Below, piece after piece: positions 16,602 to 23,309 of a DNA stretch of 48,083 nucleotides (position 1 is its first letter; each line of letters begins with the position of its first letter). Source of the DNA: a virus. The notes beneath the pieces are model-generated. The model worked only from the letters and a program-made list of their open reading frames with translations, searched no databases and was not told the origin of the DNA. Position numbers and translations under genes: made by a program. The stretch spans positions 1-48,083 of the IMG/VR virus record IMGVR_UViG_3300005096_000100; one strand, 5' to 3'.

Positions 16602-18122
16602 TCAGATTTCCTTATCTAAGGTTGCGTGGATATGTCTATCTTTATTGACGGCAGTACCTATAACCCGTTCGTCCATACTCCCCGGCACTATAGGAACGTG
16701 GCCTATGACGTATTCACCCTCTTGGCCGCGTCTATGGAGCCTGTCTAGGAGTTGGTCGTTCTTCCCTGGCACCCAATAGAATTCAGCAAAGACCGCATCT
16801 TGAGCGGCTGATAAGGTCCAACCTTCCCCGACCGTTATTAGCTGTCCAAGTATGATCCTGACTTCCGGTAGATTTTGAAATTCATCGACAGCTTTCTGTT
16901 TGTTACGGGCGCTCGTAGTACCATCCATGTAGACCAAACCGTATTTGTCTAGCCGTTTACGGAGATAGTGAAGGACACTTAGACCAGAGTTGGCCACGCC
17001 ATCTTCAGTGTTCCGGTGCCACGCCCCTACAAGTATTTTATGGACGCCCGACCGCAGCAGTTCTTCAATATAGTCCGCAACTCCCGGTGCTTTAGCTTCA
17101 CCAAGCTCACGCAGCGCCGTAGCGATCTCGCCATCGATAGGTATGCCAACGTTGAACGCTTCCGGGTTCATCTGGTACAGCTTATTAACGTCCTCCCATC
17201 CAGGGTGCTTCAACGCCTTACGTATGGCGACAGTAGTCTCTAGCGGGAATGGATGCCATTGCTTAGGAGGAAGCTGCTTTAGAACATCCTCTTTGAGCCT
17301 GCGCACCATAACGTTCTTACGTAAACGGTATTGAAGGTCATCTAAGTTCACTGGTTTGTTTCGAACCGACGCGGAGTAGTGGAGTTTGTTTACGTAGTAT
17401 GGGTCATCTAGCTCATTACCGTCGTCGTCTTCCGTAACTAATACCGGACCCCTGACGAACCCACTGCCCTCTTCATAGTACTCGTTTCGGAAAGCCTCCA
17501 AAGACATGTTATCGATGGCGTCCCAAGAAAGCAGACGGACGGCGTTATAGCACTCGATTGGCTGATTTGGTAAAATCGTTCCACTAAGCATAGATATCCT
17601 ATCGACCGCGCCGGCCAGCATATCGGGGGCACATATGGCTCTTGTACGGGTGTTCCCCTTTGGGTCCTTCAAGGCGTGCGCCTCATCTAGTATGAGGTGG
17701 TCCCATCTTACGTCAAGCAGCGCCGCCACTAGATTTTTATTAGCTAAAAGAGAGTACGAAATGATTACAAAATTATGTTCGATACTTACGCCGTCTTTAG
17801 ACTTCAACACAGGGTAAGTGGTGGCCCCCTCAATAGTAGTCCACATCTTTACTTCGCGCTCCCAATTAAGCCGAAGCGCGGCAGGGCAAATTATCAGAGT
17901 GTAGTCTGCTTTGATAGCGTTACCGAACAACAGAGCCTCTGCCGACTTACCCAATCCAGGCGCGTCACCAAATAAAGCATGTCGTCGAGAGATACGGTAC
18001 TCCACCGCAGCGTGTTGGTATGGGTCAGGCACGTTATCGTTCCATTCCGGCGACGGAGCGTGAAAGAATAGAGGCTCGGTAGCCCGGCTCGCTATTACGT
18101 CAGGATGCTTACTGCGCTTCAT
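16602..18122 (-). CDS. SNF2-family helicase/ATPase
   Basis: Motif I GDAPGLGKS, motif II ILDEAHALK, and C-terminal helicase lobe motifs. Confidence 0.85.
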   Translation of the reverse strand: MKRSKHPDVIASRATEPLFFHAPSPEWNDNVPDPYQHAAVEYRISRRHALFGDAPGLGKSAEALLFGNAIKADYTLIICPAALRLNWEREVKMWTTIEGATTYPVLKSKDGVSIEHNFVIISYSLLANKNLVAALLDVRWDHLILDEAHALKDPKGNTRTRAICAPDMLAGAVDRISMLSGTILPNQPIECYNAVRLLSWDAIDNMSLEAFRNEYYEEGSGFVRGPVLVTEDDDGNELDDPYYVNKLHYSASVRNKPVNLDDLQYRLRKNVMVRRLKEDVLKQLPPKQWHPFPLETTVAIRKALKHPGWEDVNKLYQMNPEAFNVGIPIDGEIATALRELGEAKAPGVADYIEELLRSGVHKILVGAWHRNTEDGVANSGLSVLHYLRKRLDKYGLVYMDGTTSARNKQKAVDEFQNLPEVRIILGQLITVGEGWTLSAAQDAVFAEFYWVPGKNDQLLDRLHRRGQEGEYVIGHVPIVPGSMDERVIGTAVNKDRHIHATLDKEI

Positions 18123-18703
18123 GCAAGGTAGCCTTTACCACCACATATAGTGCAGCTACCATCAGTTCCTTGGCAACCTAAACACCCTGTAGGCGACTCC
18201 CCTTGTTCTTCGACTAAATTAAGGAAGTCTTCTTTATTCCCGTTAGGTCCAAATTTAATTATAACTTCGCTTTCGTTATCGTCCTTCTTAAACCTCACTT
18301 GACCGTGCGAACGAGTAGGTACTTTAAACCGAAGCATTTTGTTTTCGTACTTTTTCAGTTCATCGGCGTATCCGTCGGGGAAATCAAATCCAGCGTCGAG
18401 TAGCTGCATATCGACATCAGCTAGTTTGTCCCGAAGATATATAAGTAGGAATGACTGTATGGCCTTATCGTCGCCGTCAAGGAAGTGGATGCCTTGCTTT
18501 GGCTCAGCAGTGTGCCGAGCCTTCCAACCAAACAAGCCCATAAATTCAGAGGGCGTATCTACTACCTCTGGCTCTTCTTCTACGTTGTTGGTTACGAAGA
18601 TACGTAAGCTCTCCATGCCGAATACGTCGCGGATGAACTTAATTATCCCCGCGCGTGAATTCAGCAAGTTGGTTATAGCCGCAGCTTCATTGATCGAAGG
18701 CAT
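18119..18703 (-). CDS. Hypothetical protein with a C-terminal DnaJ-type CxxCxGxG zinc finger (194 aa)
   Basis: C-terminal CLGCQGTDGSCTICGGKGYLA. 4-nt overlap with the SNF2 gene. Confidence 0.55.
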   Translation of the reverse strand: MPSINEAAAITNLLNSRAGIIKFIRDVFGMESLRIFVTNNVEEEPEVVDTPSEFMGLFGWKARHTAEPKQGIHFLDGDDKAIQSFLLIYLRDKLADVDMQLLDAGFDFPDGYADELKKYENKMLRFKVPTRSHGQVRFKKDDNESEVIIKFGPNGNKEDFLNLVEEQGESPTGCLGCQGTDGSCTICGGKGYLA

Positions 18704-18707
18704 GTGC

Positions 18708-19016
18708 TTATCCTAGGTAGAATATTTGATACATGGTGCGGATGAACCCAGTAACGCTAGTGCCGATGCACAGTAGATCGAGGCTCCAGCTTATCGCCCT
18801 TCTACAGCCTGAAACACTAAGCGGAATAACCGTGCCGTCGCTATACCATATTTTTGAAGACACGGCGTAGAAAGCGCCTAAATAAGCTGCCGCCCAAGAG
18901 ACAAGTATCAGAGTGATACCGGTCTCATCACGGTCAGCAATGAACGCGAGGATCATCCCTAAGTTGATGAGGTTCCCAGCCAACAGTGCTTGAAGCACTA
19001 ATATTTTCCGTTCCAC
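18708..19016 (-). CDS. Small integral membrane protein (102 aa)
   Basis: GTG start with a GGAG RBS. Three hydrophobic segments. Confidence 0.5.
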   Translation of the reverse strand: MERKILVLQALLAGNLINLGMILAFIADRDETGITLILVSWAAAYLGAFYAVSSKIWYSDGTVIPLSVSGCRRAISWSLDLLCIGTSVTGFIRTMYQIFYLG

Positions 19017-19060
19017 GGTCTTTCTCCTAAGTATGTAGTAAGGTCAGATATAGCTACGCT

Positions 19061-19076
19061 GGTATCACGTGATACT
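19061..19076. repeat. Palindrome, 1 mismatch (GGTATCACGTGATACT)
   Basis: Straddles the stop of 19065..19544, 45 nt upstream of start 19016. Confidence 0.9.
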
Positions 19077-19544
19077 AACTACGCCACAATCACATCCCCC
19101 GGTATCATAAAATGAACACCCGGCGAAATGGACAGGAGACGTTGTTGCTTTACTAGCTACTTCACCTAGAGCATTTTCATGCGCGCCGCAGTCGCATACA
19201 TCCGTATTCTGGAACGAGCACCCAGCAGCATGAATGACCGCCGCCTTATTATCGATGTCGCCAACAGTGGTTGAGCTTGGGAATATGTCGCTCTCGTCCT
19301 CTAAATCTGAAGGCATATATTGGCCACAGATTAAATGGCAATTCGGAAACCCGGACTGCTTCAGCAGCTTAGGGGCGTTAGGCTGTGCGCCCACTAGCTT
19401 AGGAGCGTTACGCTGTGGCGCAATGGGGATCAGCGCTAGTGTAGGTGGCCAGTAGCGGCACTCCGTTAGGTCAGGGTTGCCAGGGCTAGGTGCGGGCGCG
19501 GAGTGGGCGCACTGGTGGCATGTGATGTCTTTGTCTATTTCCAT
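19065..19544 (-). CDS. Cys-rich protein with a duplicated AGCSFxxTxxCDCG motif (159 aa)
   Basis: ATG at 19544 has an AAGGA RBS, whereas the track start at 19562 is TTG. The stop TGA lies inside the palindrome copy at 19061 (protein ends ...SIT*). Confidence 0.5.
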   Translation of the reverse strand: MEIDKDITCHQCAHSAPAPSPGNPDLTECRYWPPTLALIPIAPQRNAPKLVGAQPNAPKLLKQSGFPNCHLICGQYMPSDLEDESDIFPSSTTVGDIDNKAAVIHAAGCSFQNTDVCDCGAHENALGEVASKATTSPVHFAGCSFYDTGGCDCGVVSIT

Positions 19545-19558
19545 GATGTTGGTTCCTT

Positions 19559-19819
19559 TCAAGGTTGGATGTAGCGGCGATGGTCAGGGCCGAGGACAAC
19601 GAAGTATCGTGGCGGTGACAGTCCTTCGTTTAAGGTGTTCCGCGCACGCTTGGCGGATATCTTATCTTCAAAGTACACCCCCTGACTCGCTACCGGACCC
19701 ACGACAATATCATCCACCACATCATCGTGGATGGCGAATAGCCGTAGAACTGCATTGCTCCGTGTTTGGGTCTTTGTCAGCTTCACGGCTTGAGCTTTGA
19801 GTTTACGCTTACTTGGCAT
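19559..19819 (-). CDS. Hypothetical basic protein (86 aa)
   Basis: ATG with a GAGGA RBS. Confidence 0.5.
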   Translation of the reverse strand: MPSKRKLKAQAVKLTKTQTRSNAVLRLFAIHDDVVDDIVVGPVASQGVYFEDKISAKRARNTLNEGLSPPRYFVVLGPDHRRYIQP

Positions 19820-20123
19820 TGTTTTCTTTCCTCAATTTTTCTAGCTGACTATCCATGCGGCGGACGGTTTGCAGTTTCTCGAAGATGTGCGCCGGCGGTG
19901 TTTCGAGGTTCGGATTATGGTTGCCATACCAGCGCTTAACCCGGATCGAACACAAGGAAGCATACTTCACCGCATCCAGGTCCGGGTTAGGTGCGACATA
20001 GTTCATTTCGTGTTTCCTAGAGCGCTGCCTGGATAAGCGTGCACGCTCGCTGGCGTTATTCAATCCCGCTGATGCTCCGTCGATCAGCGCCGCCAACATA
20101 TCATTCATATTATATCGTTTCAT
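19809..20123 (-). CDS. Hypothetical protein (104 aa)
   Basis: ORF starting 2 nt after the HTH gene stop. Confidence 0.5.
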   Translation of the reverse strand: MKRYNMNDMLAALIDGASAGLNNASERARLSRQRSRKHEMNYVAPNPDLDAVKYASLCSIRVKRWYGNHNPNLETPPAHIFEKLQTVRRMDSQLEKLRKENNAK

Positions 20124-20125
20124 AC

Positions 20126-20443
20126 CTACGCTCCCCCGTCCCTTGAACCCAATCGTACATTATCAATGCTTAACGCCGTGCAGAACGACACAAAAGCATC
20201 TAGCTCGTTGCCACTCTTCACAGTGACGACGAAAACTTCAGGTTGGTTGGATCGATTCTTAACGCGACGCCGCAATCCTTCGACCGCGATCAAAGTCCAC
20301 TTCGGGGCGTCATTGTTCTTCACCCACTTGCTGATAGCATTTGAGGATACGTGCAGCAGTTCAGCTAACGCTACCGTGGTAAGACCGAGGTCCTTCCTGA
20401 CGGCGACTAAGTGTGCGGTATCAGTTCTAAATGTCTTATACAT
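20126..20443 (-). CDS. Helix-turn-helix DNA-binding protein (105 aa)
   Basis: The segment LGLTTVALAELLHVSSNAISKWV is a classic HTH. ATG at 20443 has an AAGGAAG RBS. A perfect palindrome lies 22 nt upstream. Confidence 0.65.
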   Translation of the reverse strand: MYKTFRTDTAHLVAVRKDLGLTTVALAELLHVSSNAISKWVKNNDAPKWTLIAVEGLRRRVKNRSNQPEVFVVTVKSGNELDAFVSFCTALSIDNVRLGSRDGGA

Positions 20444-20464
20444 GTTTCGTCTTCCTTTCAATCT

Positions 20465-20480
20465 GGTATCACGTGATACC
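20465..20480. repeat. Palindrome, perfect
   Basis: 22 nt upstream of the HTH gene start at 20443. Confidence 0.95.
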
Positions 20481-20502
20481 ATCCAGTGAAGTAAATTCGG
20501 TC

Positions 20503-20534
20503 GCAGAAATGGGCCGCCTAATCAAAGGCGACCC
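20503..20534 (-). terminator. Terminator-like hairpin after 20555..21541
   Basis: 8-bp GC-rich stem (one G-U on the minus transcript) with an 8-nt loop, then ATTTCT. Confidence 0.35.
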
Positions 20535-20554
20535 GGCACTGAATAGTCTGCGTG

Positions 20555-21541
20555 CTACTTCTTGCTCTTCTTCTTTTTCTTCTTCGGCGCAGGACGTTGA
20601 AGCGCTTTCGGTATGGGAGGCATGTCGCCCGGCTCAAGGTTTTCGTCAGGAACATAGCCAGCGTCTTCCTTGACATCGGCACCGTCGGACACGTCCAGGC
20701 CAAGCTCTGCCGCCGCCCAACGAACGAACGTCATCTGCGCTTTAACAGACATGTTGTTAAAAGCATCAACCGTGGTATCGTACACGCTCTTACCCTTACG
20801 GCTCTTAACCGCTTTGGCTTCGGCATCCGTTACGACAGTCAATCCGTTGTTGCCGGCAATGCTCTTAATACTAAGCGCACGTTCTTCCGGCTTCATCGAC
20901 TTCAAAGCATTCTGCACTTGGTCAAAAGAACTTACCTTCGGCGCAGACGGCGCGGCACTGGGACCGGCACCCCGTCCATCGTCCGTACCCTTGGCGGCAC
21001 GGGACTTTTTATTCGCCGCTTTGTTACGGTTACGCAGGTCTTCAAGCATAAGCGCACCAGCGCCCTTGTCTTCGTTTTCCGCAACTCCGATGGCCACCAG
21101 CTTACGGGCAGTTTGCCATCCTTGGTCGATATTAGTTTCAACCCAATCCTGGAATTTGATACCAACATCAGTACACTGTTCTTTAGCGACCGCTAAGCGA
21201 CATGCAGCCGACAAGCGATGGTCGTCAGCTTGACCAGAGAGCTTCGATGCTTTCTTAAACCGGACATTGATTTCGGTCGCCGTCGCTTCAAGCTTGCGCT
21301 CGGTACGCTGCTTGGCGGCAACTTCCTTCAGTTCCTTGTTCGTCTTGTCCCGTTCGGCGTCAGCTTGGCGCTTAAACCGCTTGGCTTCCCGCTCGGCATC
21401 CCGTGCGCTGGCGTTGGCGGCTTTAGCCTTGTCCCTCGCTTGGGCAATCTTGGTGGCCGCGACCTGTTCCGCTTCGGACAGTTCGCGAGCCTTCTTCGGC
21501 TTGGCTTTGCTTTTGGTTTCCGCTTTCTTTTTCGTAGCCAT
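20555..21541 (-). CDS. Lys/Ala-rich, probably DNA-binding protein (328 aa)
   Basis: Start MATKKK at 21541 has an AAGGAAGAC RBS; the longer track ORF overlaps the upstream gene. Both termini are basic (the C-terminus ends KKKKKKSKK), and the central part is coiled-coil-like. Confidence 0.55.
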   Translation of the reverse strand: MATKKKAETKSKAKPKKARELSEAEQVAATKIAQARDKAKAANASARDAEREAKRFKRQADAERDKTNKELKEVAAKQRTERKLEATATEINVRFKKASKLSGQADDHRLSAACRLAVAKEQCTDVGIKFQDWVETNIDQGWQTARKLVAIGVAENEDKGAGALMLEDLRNRNKAANKKSRAAKGTDDGRGAGPSAAPSAPKVSSFDQVQNALKSMKPEERALSIKSIAGNNGLTVVTDAEAKAVKSRKGKSVYDTTVDAFNNMSVKAQMTFVRWAAAELGLDVSDGADVKEDAGYVPDENLEPGDMPPIPKALQRPAPKKKKKKSKK

Positions 21542-21581
21542 GATGTCTTCCTTTTTAAAGTTTGGTGTGTGGTGCGACGTT

Positions 21582-21597
21582 GGTATCACGTGATACC
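21582..21597. repeat. Palindrome, perfect (extends to a 20-bp palindrome, 21580..21599)
   Basis: Intergenic, 40 nt upstream of start 21541. A TTGACA hexamer (minus strand, 21604..21609) lies 6 nt away. Confidence 0.95.
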
Positions 21598-21605
21598 AAA
21601 GAATG

Positions 21606-22097
21606 TCAAACGTTATTTTTGATATCTCCGCAAATAGGAGGCACGGGGTCGTCAAAGCTCCAGCGCAAGTCGCATTTGACGCAGTACATTTCATCGGATT
21701 GCCGAATGGCTTGACAATCAGCACCTAGAATACCTTTAACCGGAACACACAAATCCCCGTCGTTCACATACGCCATAAGGCCGTCTCTAGCGTAGAGTTC
21801 CCCATCCGGCGTTATGGCAAGGCGAACGTCTTCGAATTCATCCCCAAGCGGATCGACAGGCTCTTGGCAAATGCGCTTAGGTAATTCCTCAATAGCGACT
21901 TCAACCGCTTCGTTAAGGAACCCCGGCAGAGATTGCACACCACGAGTAAACTCGATAGCAGGCCGCCACACTAGACCGCAGAACTGGCAAGCATGAGTAT
22001 GGTGGCCTCGATCCACCCATTCGCCGTCATCGATGTGGCGTTCACAGCACTGCGGACAGGATAAAATGAGGTCGATGGCTTTAGCTCGTCCAGGCAT
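21606..22097 (-). CDS. Cys/His-rich (zinc-ribbon-like) protein (163 aa)
   Basis: CPQCCERH...HTHACQFCG and C-terminal CVKCD...PPICG. Confidence 0.5.
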   Translation of the reverse strand: MPGRAKAIDLILSCPQCCERHIDDGEWVDRGHHTHACQFCGLVWRPAIEFTRGVQSLPGFLNEAVEVAIEELPKRICQEPVDPLGDEFEDVRLAITPDGELYARDGLMAYVNDGDLCVPVKGILGADCQAIRQSDEMYCVKCDLRWSFDDPVPPICGDIKNNV

Positions 22098-22774
22098 TAT
22101 TCTACCCTCCAGCCGCGTCGCTTAGCTTCAGCCTCGATCAAGTCAATCTTAAGATTAATTTCGGCGGGGTCGGCGCTACCTTCATAACTCACGCCCCAAT
22201 AAGCTTGCGCCTCGGCTATCGTAAAATCGTGACAGCCGCCGCGAATAGCAGTGACGCCTTTATTTAACCAGCCGATATGGCGGTAGCCTCGGGTGCTTTG
22301 GCCAGCGTCTATCAGATCAACGCCACGTAGATCAGCGTGATTTAGACTAGCGCCACGTAGATCAGCGCCACATAGATCAACGCCACGTAGATCAGCGTGA
22401 TTTAGACTAGCGCCACGTAGATCAGCGCCACATAGACTAGCGCCACGTAGATCAGCGCCACATAGATTAGCGACACTCAAATCAGCGTGATTTAGACTAG
22501 CGTGACTTAGATCAGCGTGACTTAGATTAGCGTCACTTAGATCAGCGTCACTCAAATCAGCGTCACTCAAATCAGCGTGACTTAGATCAGTGTTATTTAG
22601 ATCAGCGTCACTCAAATCAGCGCCACTCAAATTAGCACCAATCTCTAGCGCCCGCCCTACCGCTAGCCCTATCTTTACCCTTAAAGAAGTGTTTTCAGCG
22701 CACTCAATCTCGGCAGTAACCTGTGCTGCGCCAGTCCAGCGGTTAAAAATAACGCAGTTAATTAATGACATCAC
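22097..22774 (-). CDS. Pentapeptide-repeat protein (225 aa)
   Basis: About 22 consecutive A(D/N)LxX pentapeptides (ADLSDADLSDANLSHADL...ADLRGASL...). Confidence 0.85.
   Translation of the reverse strand: MMSLINCVIFNRWTGAAQVTAEIECAENTSLRVKIGLAVGRALEIGANLSGADLSDADLNNTDLSHADLSDADLSDADLSDANLSHADLSHASLNHADLSVANLCGADLRGASLCGADLRGASLNHADLRGVDLCGADLRGASLNHADLRGVDLIDAGQSTRGYRHIGWLNKGVTAIRGGCHDFTIAEAQAYWGVSYEGSADPAEINLKIDLIEAEAKRRGWRVE
22321..22440. repeat. 60-bp tandem duplication inside the pentapeptide-repeat gene
   Basis: 22321..22380 and 22381..22440 differ at only 3 positions. Confidence 0.9.
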
Positions 22775-23007
22775 ATCACCCTCCCCGTGCCTATGTCTTG
22801 GAGACTGTTAAGGAAGTCTAGGATTGTTAAGTGGTGTTCGACCGCACTACTTCGGACCGCAAAGAAATTAAATCCACCCCCATCTGAAAGCGCGATAAGT
22901 GTGCCAATACGCCAATCAGCTACAAGTACGAGGTACCTTTCCCCACCATCAGTTTCAGCTTTTTCAAGCGGACGGATTTCTACATTGCAAGATATTTGAA
23001 ACTTCAT
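22771..23007 (-). CDS. Hypothetical early protein (78 aa)
   Basis: ATG at 23007 has a GGAGAAG RBS, whereas the track start at 23025 is GTG. It is the first gene of the leftward block. Confidence 0.5.
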   Translation of the reverse strand: MKFQISCNVEIRPLEKAETDGGERYLVLVADWRIGTLIALSDGGGFNFFAVRSSAVEHHLTILDFLNSLQDIGTGRVM

Positions 23008-23127
23008 GTGCTTCTCCAATTCCACTACATGTTAGCTCGCCCCCGCCCCGGATTAGTTCACCGTACTGAAAAGCGACTCGGGAGTGACACAAGTCCCCTA
23101 CCTAATTCGAGACGGGAGCGAAACGCG

Positions 23128-23156
23128 TGTATATAGGAAATATTAGTATCTGTCAA
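23128..23156 (-). promoter_or_regulatory. Leftward early promoter candidate TTGACA-17-TATACA
   Basis: Perfect -35 and weak -10. It lies ~115 nt upstream of the first leftward gene. Confidence 0.35.
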
Positions 23157-23203
23157 CACCCCTAATAAACCAATGGCTTAGCTGAATTTTCTTAAGCAAT
23201 TTT

Positions 23204-23219
23204 GGTATCACGACACACC
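23204..23219. repeat. Degenerate palindrome copy (GGTATCACGACACACC, 3 mismatches; flanks TTT/AAA)
   Basis: Lies between the divergent early promoters. Confidence 0.5.
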
Positions 23220-23245
23220 AAATATCGCAAGTAAACAGAGTAACG

Positions 23246-23274
23246 TTGACAGGCGATTACTTCCAGCCTATAGT
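23246..23274 (+). promoter_or_regulatory. Rightward promoter TTGACA-17-TATAGT for the prim-pol/helicase gene
   Basis: Consensus -35, 17-nt spacer and good -10, 36 nt upstream of ATG 23310. Confidence 0.6.
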
Positions 23275-23309
23275 AAACGCCCCCAAAAATACTATTGAAC
23301 AGGACACCA

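Noticed and set aside
20444-20482. Upstream start ATG 20482 (MVSRDTRLKGRRN...) for the HTH gene.
   Set aside because: It has no Shine-Dalgarno sequence, whereas ATG 20443 has AAGGAAG at proper spacing. The extension is just the palindrome read through.
20552-21622. Plus-strand ORFs 20552..21196, 20670..21233, 21218..21622 and 21267..21593.
   Set aside because: They are antisense shadows of the Lys/Ala-rich gene, whose GC-rich biased codons keep the opposite frames open. No RBS is present.
22310-22620. Regularly spaced short DNA repeats that at first glance resemble a CRISPR array.
   Set aside because: The periodicity is 15 nt (5 codons), with no unique spacers. It is the coding sequence of the pentapeptide-repeat protein. 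The 16-bp palindrome copies are kilobases apart, so they are not a CRISPR array either.
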